Below, in pieces: positions 10,401-19,422 of a stretch of DNA of 41,249 nucleotides. The number at the start of each line of letters is the position of its first letter. The first letter of the stretch is position 1. The DNA is from a virus. Its lineage: Duplodnaviria > Caudoviricetes. The notes under the pieces are model-generated. The model was not told the DNA's origin. It was given only the letters and a program-made list of their open reading frames with translations, and made no database searches. A program made the position numbers and the translations under genes. Where the stretch lies: positions 1 to 41,249 of the IMG/VR virus record IMGVR_UViG_3300023105_000066; one strand, written 5' to 3'.

Positions 10401-10959
10401 TTTATATGAATTTGATTACAATCATTGCGGTCTTGATATTGAAGTTGAAGAAGTTCTTTCACCTCACCGTTTCAAAGTTCTGAAAAATGGATTATCAGGT
10501 AATTCAAACTTGAATAAGTTTCTACATTCTTATGATGTAAACCCCAACCTTTATCTTACAGCAACAAACGGACCTCTTGTAGAATATTGGGCCAAATATT
10601 TCAAACATGTATTCATGGATGGAACTGTCAACGCAAATGGTATTATTCATTCCACTTCAACAGATGTAAGAACAATGAAATTTGGTGGAAAGGGAGATGC
10701 TTCTTCGTATTACGAGTTCAATTATAGTATGAATGCGAGTGAATTTAGTCATTATATTGGTTCAACACCAATTGAAATTGGTGTAAGTTCAACACACGTA
10801 ACTCAGGTAAATAGTGTAGCTGAAAGTGATGACGGAACATTTATATTAAGTTTAGACGAACCACTTACTGCAGCACCACGATTACTTGATGCCTATTTCT
10901 TGCGTAATGTCGGGTTTGAATATGTTGAATTAATTGATAATCCAGAATATACATATTGA
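7483..10959 (+). CDS. Large putative virion structural protein
   Basis: 1158-aa ORF with RBS GAGGA; beta-rich, with GTNTLFTKELAVGNVI, FEVGDLVTI and VESIASDTSMEI motifs reminiscent of phage tail/baseplate beta-barrel inserts. Confidence 0.7.
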   Translation: MSGQIGLSQKKRVLQTKILQAPLVVQNLRKRIIENANFLIEEMKAHDFSEVSEIIKACTALGIRRAYKRGLQHPVNSEGDINKYIYRFNMLGALPFQDQTEPTGSQWAALVLVEDSYATTHTQSYAIINGYSSGQNALSILLNLFPGAPLTQATYVGTDPLVDIAIGNQTFSGNPNVVPPPYWDDFTGGVFRLTGINVGSGSVVNRDAVANWIHAKHDWSFDQRAQFPGTDLANKINDIYITPKMTASGVGGKLYWPGGGGFAEKAFNYYVDSSDRKTQSIMVQAVSIDGTPFVKVNGTSVSFATSSTATTPKLELPWTAFIPKYRKGGKDSDLPWLPYMTCGLLNNIPDSENCVSSTDITAGALERPDLNLLVPYGQNQYPFMTPNAGFPYSKKVNPEPKRIRMVIDGSPVESEDVVIQNRFRLTGYTEFDPGDPGTGVIELPLGGPENPTYTPGDGENPGPGDTVIIDANTKFVLIPGEDDDLLYIDREAVELAFGDDNANYPGFNWEDKSRSGRIFYAGPVMYQRDPVTGTNTLFTKELAVGNVIEAEFPERQCGGTFYTIGTDTIYYRGTWMTERYYENMRVVIDDVEYRFVSQTKYATEQTKTYYGYTIRYNEEYKVDRTNKRFIDATLNRKFDHLALSGANIYPDPINQYVATLEIDNFTNDQMLEYFEVGDLVTIETPAGTEYYRFQSISGGKLKGLWRTDGSTILNGTQGATIRRVVKYTRASHTNVSGFTPGFRVYHEVESIASDTSMEIKPAYTYGESFEGWINRVGFNIESKSPTPDMLNSGFDTDGVGQFRLFSTSSNVYKEDSPTFFIKKAATERVIVYSGTDFTQAPAHMSAKPVSNVVDGLDKFFTSEVYNYNKFQALLTTQGLAYGDLVYPENYDALDFYLNEKHPGQLSFTDGNDPYITLETIERSSITETEKTYSPISHGFIEGDTLTIRKVKEKPHFFRDDPYGDCISHRESTDLYEFDYNHCGLDIEVEEVLSPHRFKVLKNGLSGNSNLNKFLHSYDVNPNLYLTATNGPLVEYWAKYFKHVFMDGTVNANGIIHSTSTDVRTMKFGGKGDASSYYEFNYSMNASEFSHYIGSTPIEIGVSSTHVTQVNSVAESDDGTFILSLDEPLTAAPRLLDAYFLRNVGFEYVELIDNPEYTY

Positions 10960-10977
10960 ATTAGATTAGGAGAAAAC

Positions 10978-12990
10978 ATGACAACGACTGTTGTTGATCC
11001 ATCAAAGTATATAAAAGGACTTACAAGTCAAAAAATAGGGGGCTGGGTTGTGTTGCGTCATGCTTGGCATGATAGTGGAAAAATATATGTAAGTGGAGAT
11101 CTTGGTGGAGAAAATAGTGGTGGTATAAATGGTAATGGTTATAGCTTAAATCATACTGATGTTGACTTTGCTGTTTATGAAAGAATCGCTGGAAGTTCAG
11201 GGTCTGGAATAAAGAGAAATGTAGTTCCAATAAAAATAGCTGGAACAAGAAATGCAAGTGGTAATACTCCGGTTGTTTTAATTTTTGGTGTAGACCAACA
11301 CATTCAACAAACTGATGGTCAACATGAATATAATATTGAAGCTTCGGGAAAAGATTCTCATGATGGCCCACATAGGTGTGATATTAAGTGGATACCTTCA
11401 CCACCACCACCTTCAGGACCGATTGTTGTTCTTGAAAATAAGTCAGGACACTTTCTTTCAAATGGAGATGTAAAGCTTCATGTAAACATCTTTACAAATC
11501 CATGTTCTGGAGAAAATGCTAACGCAACACACATCATGACTTCTGTTGATGGTGGTGCTTGGGCAAACTCAAATACCTTTCCACACATTGAAACAATTTC
11601 AGGTATAGGCGACCATACATTCAAAGTGAAAGGCTGTGCGAATACACTTGTAGGTCAAGAAATCACTTATAAGTTTTCAATCGGAACAAATGACTGGTCA
11701 AATGTTCATATGACACCAGTCAAAACAATTCGTCATGTTGGTAAAAAAGGTAGTTTTGTAAACTTTTTTACAAATAATGCAATACCGACTCAACCATCAC
11801 CTTCAAAAGGTTTTATAAACTTTGATGATGTTTTTGGTGGGGGTAATTGTTATTATTCAAACACTCGAATCTTGAACGCAAATACTCAAGAGATTGTTGG
11901 TGAAGGATCTTCAGCATATAGTTACACAAGATCGGGTTCTGCCATTGGTACTGCTTCTCAATCAATAGGAGGATGGGAATGGTTTGAAATCTATCCAAAT
12001 AAAATTGTAGGAGAAATCGCACTAGGTTCTTCAACATATGATCCCGATTCAATATGGCTGAACATCGTTGATAAGACTGATAATACATCTTATGGTCATA
12101 GTTTTGCTCCACCAAACAGTCCATGGTTTTCTGATAGTTTTCGACAGCATGGTATGGGAAGTCATGAAGTTGAAATACCATATACTTTTAAAGATGGACA
12201 CTCTTATGAAATGAAGATGTATGGTGACCATTGGACCGGAAGCCATTATCAAGGTTTGATTTCGGTGGGACCAGACGGTGGATCATATACTATAAGCAAT
12301 TTATCAGTGAATACTTTCAAGTTAGAACCAAGGGCAACATCTGAGCAAACAGATGCTTCAAATACTTTCATTAACACATATTTTGGTGGAGAGCTTGATA
12401 CAAATACATTCGTTAGGTTTAGTGATGTTTGTTATCGGCCAAAAGCAGATGCTTTAAATTATTTCAAAGCTACACGAACTCGAGATTTTGAAGTTCAATT
12501 ATTAGCAATTAGTTATGATAAATTAGATATATGGGATGAATGTACAACTCCACTTCCAACGGTTCAAGAACAATCAATAGCAAGTTCACCTAACTCGGAT
12601 GGAAAGTATGAATTTACACGAAGTGGTCTTTGGACGGATATGCGTGTAACGGAACTAATTCATCCAATACCAGACCAATTTTATAAAATTACAACTTCTC
12701 CAAATTCAACATCATATCCATCTTATGGATATTTGACTGCAGATACCACTGAAACTGTTTTAGTTAATCCAGATAGTGGTGATACAGAAATGAGAATTGA
12801 TATTTTCAATAGTTGTGGAGGTGTTGTTACTCAAACATTCGATTTATTATATGTTGGTTCAACAGGAGGTACAGGCACAATTGGTCAGGGTCAAGGTCCT
12901 TCTGGGTCACAATCTACAATTTCAACTACAAGTAATTCAGGTAATAAACCAACTTACCATCGACTTATAGTTAACAGCACCAATCAGTAG
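10978..12990 (+). CDS. Putative virion/receptor-binding protein with Ig-like segments
   Basis: 670 aa, RBS AGGAG, Gly/Ser/Thr-rich; SVDGGAW...GIGDHTFKVKG resembles an Ig/FN3-like strand pattern. Confidence 0.6.
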   Translation: MTTTVVDPSKYIKGLTSQKIGGWVVLRHAWHDSGKIYVSGDLGGENSGGINGNGYSLNHTDVDFAVYERIAGSSGSGIKRNVVPIKIAGTRNASGNTPVVLIFGVDQHIQQTDGQHEYNIEASGKDSHDGPHRCDIKWIPSPPPPSGPIVVLENKSGHFLSNGDVKLHVNIFTNPCSGENANATHIMTSVDGGAWANSNTFPHIETISGIGDHTFKVKGCANTLVGQEITYKFSIGTNDWSNVHMTPVKTIRHVGKKGSFVNFFTNNAIPTQPSPSKGFINFDDVFGGGNCYYSNTRILNANTQEIVGEGSSAYSYTRSGSAIGTASQSIGGWEWFEIYPNKIVGEIALGSSTYDPDSIWLNIVDKTDNTSYGHSFAPPNSPWFSDSFRQHGMGSHEVEIPYTFKDGHSYEMKMYGDHWTGSHYQGLISVGPDGGSYTISNLSVNTFKLEPRATSEQTDASNTFINTYFGGELDTNTFVRFSDVCYRPKADALNYFKATRTRDFEVQLLAISYDKLDIWDECTTPLPTVQEQSIASSPNSDGKYEFTRSGLWTDMRVTELIHPIPDQFYKITTSPNSTSYPSYGYLTADTTETVLVNPDSGDTEMRIDIFNSCGGVVTQTFDLLYVGSTGGTGTIGQGQGPSGSQSTISTTSNSGNKPTYHRLIVNSTNQ

Positions 12991-12995
12991 AAACT

Positions 12996-15089
12996 ATGAA
13001 AAAATATTTTAAGAAAATTATTGATATACCTAAAGAAAATTTAGGCACACTTACAGTTGTTTCACCTGAGCTTGTAATTAAAAAAGGGTTCAATGCTGCT
13101 ACTGAATATGCTGACACATTGATGAAGATACCTGCAAAGGTATTTTATAATTATTTGGGTCATTGGTTGACACCTGATAATGGCTTAAAATCGGGAACTT
13201 ATTCTGAGCCATACAGAGCAGATGAAGCAATTGAAGGTAGAGGTCTGAACATCGGTCCTTTTGGTTATGATAAATTATCATTAACTTACAATGACTTAAC
13301 AAAAGCAAATGATAAAAGAATTTACAGCAATCCTGGATTTCCAAAAGGAGTCACTGTAAGAGAAGATGGTGGGACTCAAAATCTTTGGACTCCAGTATAT
13401 AATTCACAATCACCAAACGGTAAAAATAGTGAACGAAATAGTAAATGGGCGGCTTCAAGATGGAGTTCATATGTCTATGAATGGGAAGGAAATTGGGGAA
13501 GCGCAACTGAAACTTATGAAACTGAAGTAACTTTTTCAGTTCAGTTAAAGATTGCAAATGAACGAGTTCCTGGAAGTCTTACTGGTGATTATAAACCAAC
13601 AGGAGCTAAGATTCTTGTTTGGTGCGGTGATGGTAATGATTGGAATAAAAACAAAGATTCTGGTTCTTATTACAGTTATAATGGTAGTATCGATGATATG
13701 TCAGGAGGACGAAATGCTGGTAAAAATTTGATGAAATTTTACAATCAGTTTTGGTCTTCTGGAGAAATCTCCGCTCATAATGATGGTAAGTTTGACAGGA
13801 CTTATACAGTTACAATTAAGAGACCTCCATTTAGTAAAGAAGTTATTTTCAATGGTGCTTTCTATGTGAGAGGCGGATCAATGTATATAGACCTTGTAGG
13901 TCAGATACCCAAACCCGGTATTCTTAATGCTCTAAATGGGATAGGTATTGGTCCTTTCTCACTTGACATCGGTGATAAAATTTGGGCAATTGTAATGTTT
14001 CCCATTTATATAATTGAAACAATTCTCAATTTGATTTTTGGTTCAAGTGAAAAATATCGAGGTTCTTGTGAGGCCTCTTTACATAAAATAGGAAGAATAA
14101 CGCATACAATGGATTCAGTTGAGACAAAAGGTTATCCTGCTTATATGAATTGGGGATCAATGTCTGAGTGGAGTTATTTGTACAATCAATTTGAATATCC
14201 AACATTTGACCGCAACCCTTGCTTTCCATCACGAAATATATATGGTGGTTTTACAAAACCTTATTTTGATAACGAAGTAATTGAAAATGAATACTATTAT
14301 AATTCACCATATAATGATATAAAGGCTGGTCGTAAATATAAATATTTTATACCCAACTTATTTCGCTTAACTTTTGAAACAAATCCGGGTGTCTTTCTTG
14401 AGAAATTAGCAACTCAACATGAGGGCAAACATCCACTTTCAAAATTTAATTTTCTCACAAAGTTACAACATCACACTACTTATTCAAATCCAACTACAGT
14501 TACTGATCCTTGGCAAATGAAGCCGTATTTTGATCAAATGATGTTCCCTACGAACTTTACTAATTGGAATGATTATATTGAAAATGGTTGGGGTGATAAT
14601 GCTAAATCATCAAACCAAAGTTTTTTAAAAGAATTTATTCCATCTGCAACAAAAGTAGATAATGAAATAAGTGAAACAATGCCAGCAGAATATGCTTCTG
14701 TTTTCAATACATACCCTAAGATTGATGTAAATTCAATCAGTGAAATTAATAAGATTATTGGTGACCATAAAACAATCAGAGATATTCTGAGAGGCGATAA
14801 AGGTTATGAGTTAAATACATGGACTGATTTATGCAAATCATCAAATTTTGGAACACTTTCAAGTGATGATCCAAAAAATTTATCGTACAAAATTATTGAA
14901 TTCATGTTATGGTATCTTGACCAAGATGGTATTGCTTATAAAACAAGAAACAGTGTAAAGGCATGTATTGATTATGAAATTGAATTAGATCGTATTATTG
15001 AAGATCAAAAGAATACTCCAGATACTGGTGATGATTTGGATGCGTATCATGTAATTGGAACTCAATTATATGACCGAGAATGTCTATGA
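12996..15089 (+). CDS. Putative virion protein with a central hydrophobic segment
   Basis: 697-aa ORF in the operon; IWAIVMFPIYIIETILNLIFG at about 13980-14042. Confidence 0.65.
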   Translation: MKKYFKKIIDIPKENLGTLTVVSPELVIKKGFNAATEYADTLMKIPAKVFYNYLGHWLTPDNGLKSGTYSEPYRADEAIEGRGLNIGPFGYDKLSLTYNDLTKANDKRIYSNPGFPKGVTVREDGGTQNLWTPVYNSQSPNGKNSERNSKWAASRWSSYVYEWEGNWGSATETYETEVTFSVQLKIANERVPGSLTGDYKPTGAKILVWCGDGNDWNKNKDSGSYYSYNGSIDDMSGGRNAGKNLMKFYNQFWSSGEISAHNDGKFDRTYTVTIKRPPFSKEVIFNGAFYVRGGSMYIDLVGQIPKPGILNALNGIGIGPFSLDIGDKIWAIVMFPIYIIETILNLIFGSSEKYRGSCEASLHKIGRITHTMDSVETKGYPAYMNWGSMSEWSYLYNQFEYPTFDRNPCFPSRNIYGGFTKPYFDNEVIENEYYYNSPYNDIKAGRKYKYFIPNLFRLTFETNPGVFLEKLATQHEGKHPLSKFNFLTKLQHHTTYSNPTTVTDPWQMKPYFDQMMFPTNFTNWNDYIENGWGDNAKSSNQSFLKEFIPSATKVDNEISETMPAEYASVFNTYPKIDVNSISEINKIIGDHKTIRDILRGDKGYELNTWTDLCKSSNFGTLSSDDPKNLSYKIIEFMLWYLDQDGIAYKTRNSVKACIDYEIELDRIIEDQKNTPDTGDDLDAYHVIGTQLYDRECL

Positions 15090-15244
15090 GTGAAGAAGTA
15101 AAAAATAACCGAGAACAAATTCGTAAACATATTCAAAACTTAACAGATATTCGTGAAACTCTTGTTCTTTTATTGGATTTTATAGACAAACTGGAAGATA
15201 AATGTCTAAAAGAAAGAAAGCAATCGCAAAATGAAGAACAATGA
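15086..15244 (+). CDS. Small 52-aa helical/coiled-coil protein
   Basis: Absent from the track. MSEEVKNNREQIRKHIQNLTDIRETLVLLLDFIDKLEDKCLKERKQSQNEEQ*; ATGA overlap with the upstream stop; exactly fills the gap to the next gene. Confidence 0.7.
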   Translation: MSEEVKNNREQIRKHIQNLTDIRETLVLLLDFIDKLEDKCLKERKQSQNEEQ

Positions 15245-18200
15245 AAAATATCCAATAGGAAGAGACCTTACACGATTTGGAAATAACCTTACTCAATCTG
15301 AATTAGATAATCCATCTCAACCGGGAACTTGGAAAAAAATTGATTGTTTGAGTGGATTACTCGGAGGTGTTGGTGACTTCTCCACAACAAATCGTAAATA
15401 TCTTCAAGAGATGAAGAATCATCTTCTTTATGGTTTTGATGTTGCGATTACAGCACTTACCATACTAAACGCTCTACTTTTTTTTCTACCAAATTTTTTC
15501 AATTTAGTTGTAACTTATATCGCACAACTTGTTTACAATGCTTTAGATGCATATCTAAGATTAGGAATGCATTTATTGATTGTTCCTCCAAATTTTACAG
15601 ATCGAAATCATAAAGGTTTTCCCACCACTTCATTACCAGAACAAGCAAAGAATGTTTATAAAAAGTTTTATGATACTTCAGACCCTTATCTTCCCTATAA
15701 CGTTCCTTTTGAAGAAGGAATAGGTGACCAATTGCTTGAAGAAGGTAATAAGTATAAAAATAAGATTGAAAGCTTTATGCTCAAAAGGACACTTGATGGA
15801 ACACAAACTTTAAATAGAAATTGGTTTGGTGGATCAAATGAGAATCTAACACTCAAATCAGATTTTAATGATTTTGAACAATCAATTAAAAATCTATCAA
15901 GACCTCTTGGTGTTTATGACGCAATCTTTTTATATTTTTCAATTGATTATAAAGGTGTGAATCTAAACACTTTTAATCAGTTTTTAGATTCATTAGCAAG
16001 TTTAGCAAATTTATTTCAACTTGAAAGCTTGGCTGGTTTACATGATGATTTTGATAGTCTTTGGCATCGCCCTTTACGACAAAAAATTAGTGTATTGGTA
16101 AATCAACAAATAACTGAGATACCAAAAGATAAAGACCTTAAAATACAAAGAGTTGATTCAAAAACAAGAAAACAAATTTATAAAGACAAAGCATTAGAAG
16201 AATTCGTAATCATTGAGGCTGATCCTTCTGACAATATACCAAAAGAAAGATATGAAAAACTCAAAGAATTTGTCGAAGATGAAATTCTACAAACAGAAGG
16301 TGTGTTGCTCGAAGGTCAAATGACTCAAGGTATGGAAGCTATTCTTACGATTGAAGAAGAACTTCGTAATAAAAGCTACATGTGGAAAATGAAGAAAGAC
16401 AATTATGAAGATCAAAAGGTTCAGTATGCTTTTTATTTTTCAAAACATATGATTGCGGAAATGTTCAATGGTGTTGACTGGTCTGATCCTATATCTGTAA
16501 AAGGAGCTGCAACTGATTCAGGAATGTTGACTGATACGAAAGAATTATCAAAGAAAGAAGATTTCTCTGTTGGTCATGAAATGTCTGTTGTAAGAGAAGT
16601 TCTTGCTTTAATTGATCAAGTGGCAAGTTCTTATATTGGTGAAGAAGGTTCGGAAATAGAAGAAGTAGCATCAGCAAAATTAGTTGAGCAACTAAAAGAA
16701 AAAACAGAAGCCTTATCACAGACTTGGCGTAATACAGAGGACATTACCGATATCACACCACCTGAAATTAAGAATCAAAATAATTTAGATGCTCTCGAAG
16801 AGTATGAAAGAGATTTTGAAGAGTATAATGTATTACTGAGAAAAGAAGCTACTGATATCTATGAACGGCAAGTTTCAAAACTTACGGATGCGGTCAAAGA
16901 AAAGAAGCAACAATTGAGCATGATTAAGGATAAGATGAATCCAAATTATGTTCCACATAATTTGCTAAGTGAAACTGCTACGCAAATTGTTTATCATCAC
17001 CGCAACTATAAACATTCAAATCGTAATTTATTCAACAACCATTTGAAAAACTTCTATCAAGAAAAGAATCATAAGAGTCTTTGGAGTTTTCTTGAAGATA
17101 TTCATAATGGTTCAACACCAACAGAAATACCAAAATTTTTGCCAGCAGAATCATTTGTTTATGATTTTACAATTGAAAGGTCAGGGCTTTCTCTGAATCG
17201 TATTCAGCCAGGTATGTATGTTCATATCTATAGGAAAAAGCAAGGAGCAACTCCTAAATCAGGTGGATATTTTGAATTTGTAGGTGATGGTTTTGTTACT
17301 GATTCAAAGAATCTTTCTCAAAAAGAAGGTGGTGGTGAAGGTAATTGGTTAGGTATCAATTTCTCAGATTTGATTGGAACAACTACTCTAATCAAAGCAT
17401 TACAGAGAAAAGTAAAAGCTTTTCAAAATATGTTTACACCAAATGATACCTTCTTGACAGAAATGATCAAGTTTTTAAGAAATATTCGTGAAAGAATTCT
17501 TGAGCTAATTGAAATCATTGATAGTATTCTCCGTTTGCTCAACTTGAGTATTGAATTTCCAGGAACAACTTACGGAAAATATGTCCGTGAAAATGATTCT
17601 GATTATGACCTTCTCGCATCAAATCTTACAAGCACTGCGGGTTATCCTGGAGGCCGACCAAAAAAGCCATTTAAGCCAAGCAACCATAGTACAATTCAAT
17701 ATTGGTTGAGAAGAATTGCTGAAATTGATCCCGCAGAAGCTGATTTGATTCGTATTGAAATTGATGCTGAATATAAACAGACAGTTGATAGCGAAGAAAG
17801 ATTGAAGAAAGCTTCTCAAAATTCACAACAACCATCACTAGTTCCTGATACAGTTACACCATCTTATATTACTGAAGTTTTTGATAATGTTATTCAAGAT
17901 TATGGGTTATCGCATTCAGTGTTTGAACAAGCGCAAAAAGTTAAAGAATTTATTCTGAATGAGTTAAATGTAATTGACACAGGAGAGGCGGCAGCTAATT
18001 TAGGAAGTGCCTTGTTTACAAATGTGAAAGACATGGAGTTTGTTGATGAAGAAGTTGCAAAGAAAAGTCGGCAGAATAATAAAATTAAATTATATAAAGC
18101 TGAATTATATTCTGCTCTCTATCAAATAGAAAGAACATTATCAAGTGAGTTTGGATTCTCAATGGTCTTTCTCAGTTATCTACCTAAAGGAAGAAGTTTT

Positions 18201-19034
18201 TATCCAGTTCGCTGGTTGGCAGAAGTATGGGGTTTGATTGATCAATTTGGTGCCCATCCAACAGCAGATCCAGAAGTAGATCATACTCTACCTGAATTAG
18301 ACGTTGCTAAAATTGAAGAACTTTTAAAGCAACCAAATCAACAAGAAATGGAGGATACTTTATCAAAGACTTCAAAACAAACAAGTCCAATGGGTGGAGT
18401 TCCTCTGAAGCCCAATCCAATAATTCTTGACTGGGTTTCTCACCGTGTGACAGAATCAACCAACTTCACTTATATGGATCCAACATCAAATAGTCCTCTT
18501 TATTTTGAAGAAATTCCTGCTGGTGGTGATTTCAAGTTTCGTATCAAGAAACCACTTTCTCGCAATTTACATGGTGTTCGGTCAAAAGATGCATTACAGT
18601 TACCAGCCTATGAAACTCCAAATGATGTTTATATATTCTCCTATGAATTTGAGTTACAAGTTGAACTTGATTTAGCCATTGTTTCTGCTCTCAATTTAAG
18701 TATTAGAGAAATACCAAAGATAAATAAAATAGATATTCATGCAGGTGTATTTTACAAATCAGCAAGTTTTGATAATTATGAAAAAGCCTATGAGTTAAAT
18801 GCCGAAACTGATAATGTTATGAATTTTGGAAATCGTAAGAAGAAAAAATTTAAATGTAATTTGGTTGGTATTCAAAAAGAACAAATTGAAAATCTACATC
18901 CTTATATACTGATTGGGTACTCTCCACCATCTGCTTTAGCTGCGGCTAAAAATAATGTACATACTGAGATAGATATGAGTAGTGTGACTTTTCGAATCAT
19001 CAATAGTCAAATATATTTCTACAGATCTCGTTAG
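15231..19034 (+). CDS. Large helical protein with hydrophobic N-terminal helices and coiled coils; probably virion-associated
   Basis: 1267 aa; VAITALTILNALLFFLPNFFNLVVTYIAQLV hydrophobic stretch; acidic heptad-rich middle. Confidence 0.7.
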   Translation: MKNNEKYPIGRDLTRFGNNLTQSELDNPSQPGTWKKIDCLSGLLGGVGDFSTTNRKYLQEMKNHLLYGFDVAITALTILNALLFFLPNFFNLVVTYIAQLVYNALDAYLRLGMHLLIVPPNFTDRNHKGFPTTSLPEQAKNVYKKFYDTSDPYLPYNVPFEEGIGDQLLEEGNKYKNKIESFMLKRTLDGTQTLNRNWFGGSNENLTLKSDFNDFEQSIKNLSRPLGVYDAIFLYFSIDYKGVNLNTFNQFLDSLASLANLFQLESLAGLHDDFDSLWHRPLRQKISVLVNQQITEIPKDKDLKIQRVDSKTRKQIYKDKALEEFVIIEADPSDNIPKERYEKLKEFVEDEILQTEGVLLEGQMTQGMEAILTIEEELRNKSYMWKMKKDNYEDQKVQYAFYFSKHMIAEMFNGVDWSDPISVKGAATDSGMLTDTKELSKKEDFSVGHEMSVVREVLALIDQVASSYIGEEGSEIEEVASAKLVEQLKEKTEALSQTWRNTEDITDITPPEIKNQNNLDALEEYERDFEEYNVLLRKEATDIYERQVSKLTDAVKEKKQQLSMIKDKMNPNYVPHNLLSETATQIVYHHRNYKHSNRNLFNNHLKNFYQEKNHKSLWSFLEDIHNGSTPTEIPKFLPAESFVYDFTIERSGLSLNRIQPGMYVHIYRKKQGATPKSGGYFEFVGDGFVTDSKNLSQKEGGGEGNWLGINFSDLIGTTTLIKALQRKVKAFQNMFTPNDTFLTEMIKFLRNIRERILELIEIIDSILRLLNLSIEFPGTTYGKYVRENDSDYDLLASNLTSTAGYPGGRPKKPFKPSNHSTIQYWLRRIAEIDPAEADLIRIEIDAEYKQTVDSEERLKKASQNSQQPSLVPDTVTPSYITEVFDNVIQDYGLSHSVFEQAQKVKEFILNELNVIDTGEAAANLGSALFTNVKDMEFVDEEVAKKSRQNNKIKLYKAELYSALYQIERTLSSEFGFSMVFLSYLPKGRSFYPVRWLAEVWGLIDQFGAHPTADPEVDHTLPELDVAKIEELLKQPNQQEMEDTLSKTSKQTSPMGGVPLKPNPIILDWVSHRVTESTNFTYMDPTSNSPLYFEEIPAGGDFKFRIKKPLSRNLHGVRSKDALQLPAYETPNDVYIFSYEFELQVELDLAIVSALNLSIREIPKINKIDIHAGVFYKSASFDNYEKAYELNAETDNVMNFGNRKKKKFKCNLVGIQKEQIENLHPYILIGYSPPSALAAAKNNVHTEIDMSSVTFRIINSQIYFYRSR

Positions 19035-19041
19035 ATAAATA
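19034..19041 (+). promoter_or_regulatory. Candidate late promoter GATAAATA directly before gp25
   Basis: Fills the 10-nt intergenic gap, ending 3 nt before ATG 19045; no Shine-Dalgarno visible. Confidence 0.5.
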
Positions 19042-19044
19042 ATT

Positions 19045-19422
19045 ATGTCAAAGTTTTCTGATATAGATTTAAAATTCATAGCTCATCCAAAAACAAAACG
19101 AGTAAATAACTTAGACGCCAAGACTGCTATTTTTCGTTCACTCAACCATATACTCTATACAAGAAAAGGTGAGCGATTATACAATCATGATTTTGGTGTG
19201 GGTATACAAGACTATGTTTTTGAAATGAATAATTTTGCTATACGAGATGCTTTGAAGTCTTCAATTCAAAATCAAATCAATCGCTTTGAAACAAGAGTGA
19301 TTTTTGAAGACCTTGTAGTTGATGAACATTTACACACAATTGATATTTCAATTTATTTTCGATTGAAATCAGAACCACAAAGTTTGCTTGTTTTCGAAAA
19401 AACGCTAAAAAGAATAAGATAA
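19045..19422 (+). CDS. gp25: Baseplate wedge subunit gp25
   Basis: FSDIDLKF.AHP, AI.RSL.HIL.T.KGER.YN.DFG.GI..YVFE, INRFETRV. Confidence 0.93.
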   Translation: MSKFSDIDLKFIAHPKTKRVNNLDAKTAIFRSLNHILYTRKGERLYNHDFGVGIQDYVFEMNNFAIRDALKSSIQNQINRFETRVIFEDLVVDEHLHTIDISIYFRLKSEPQSLLVFEKTLKRIR

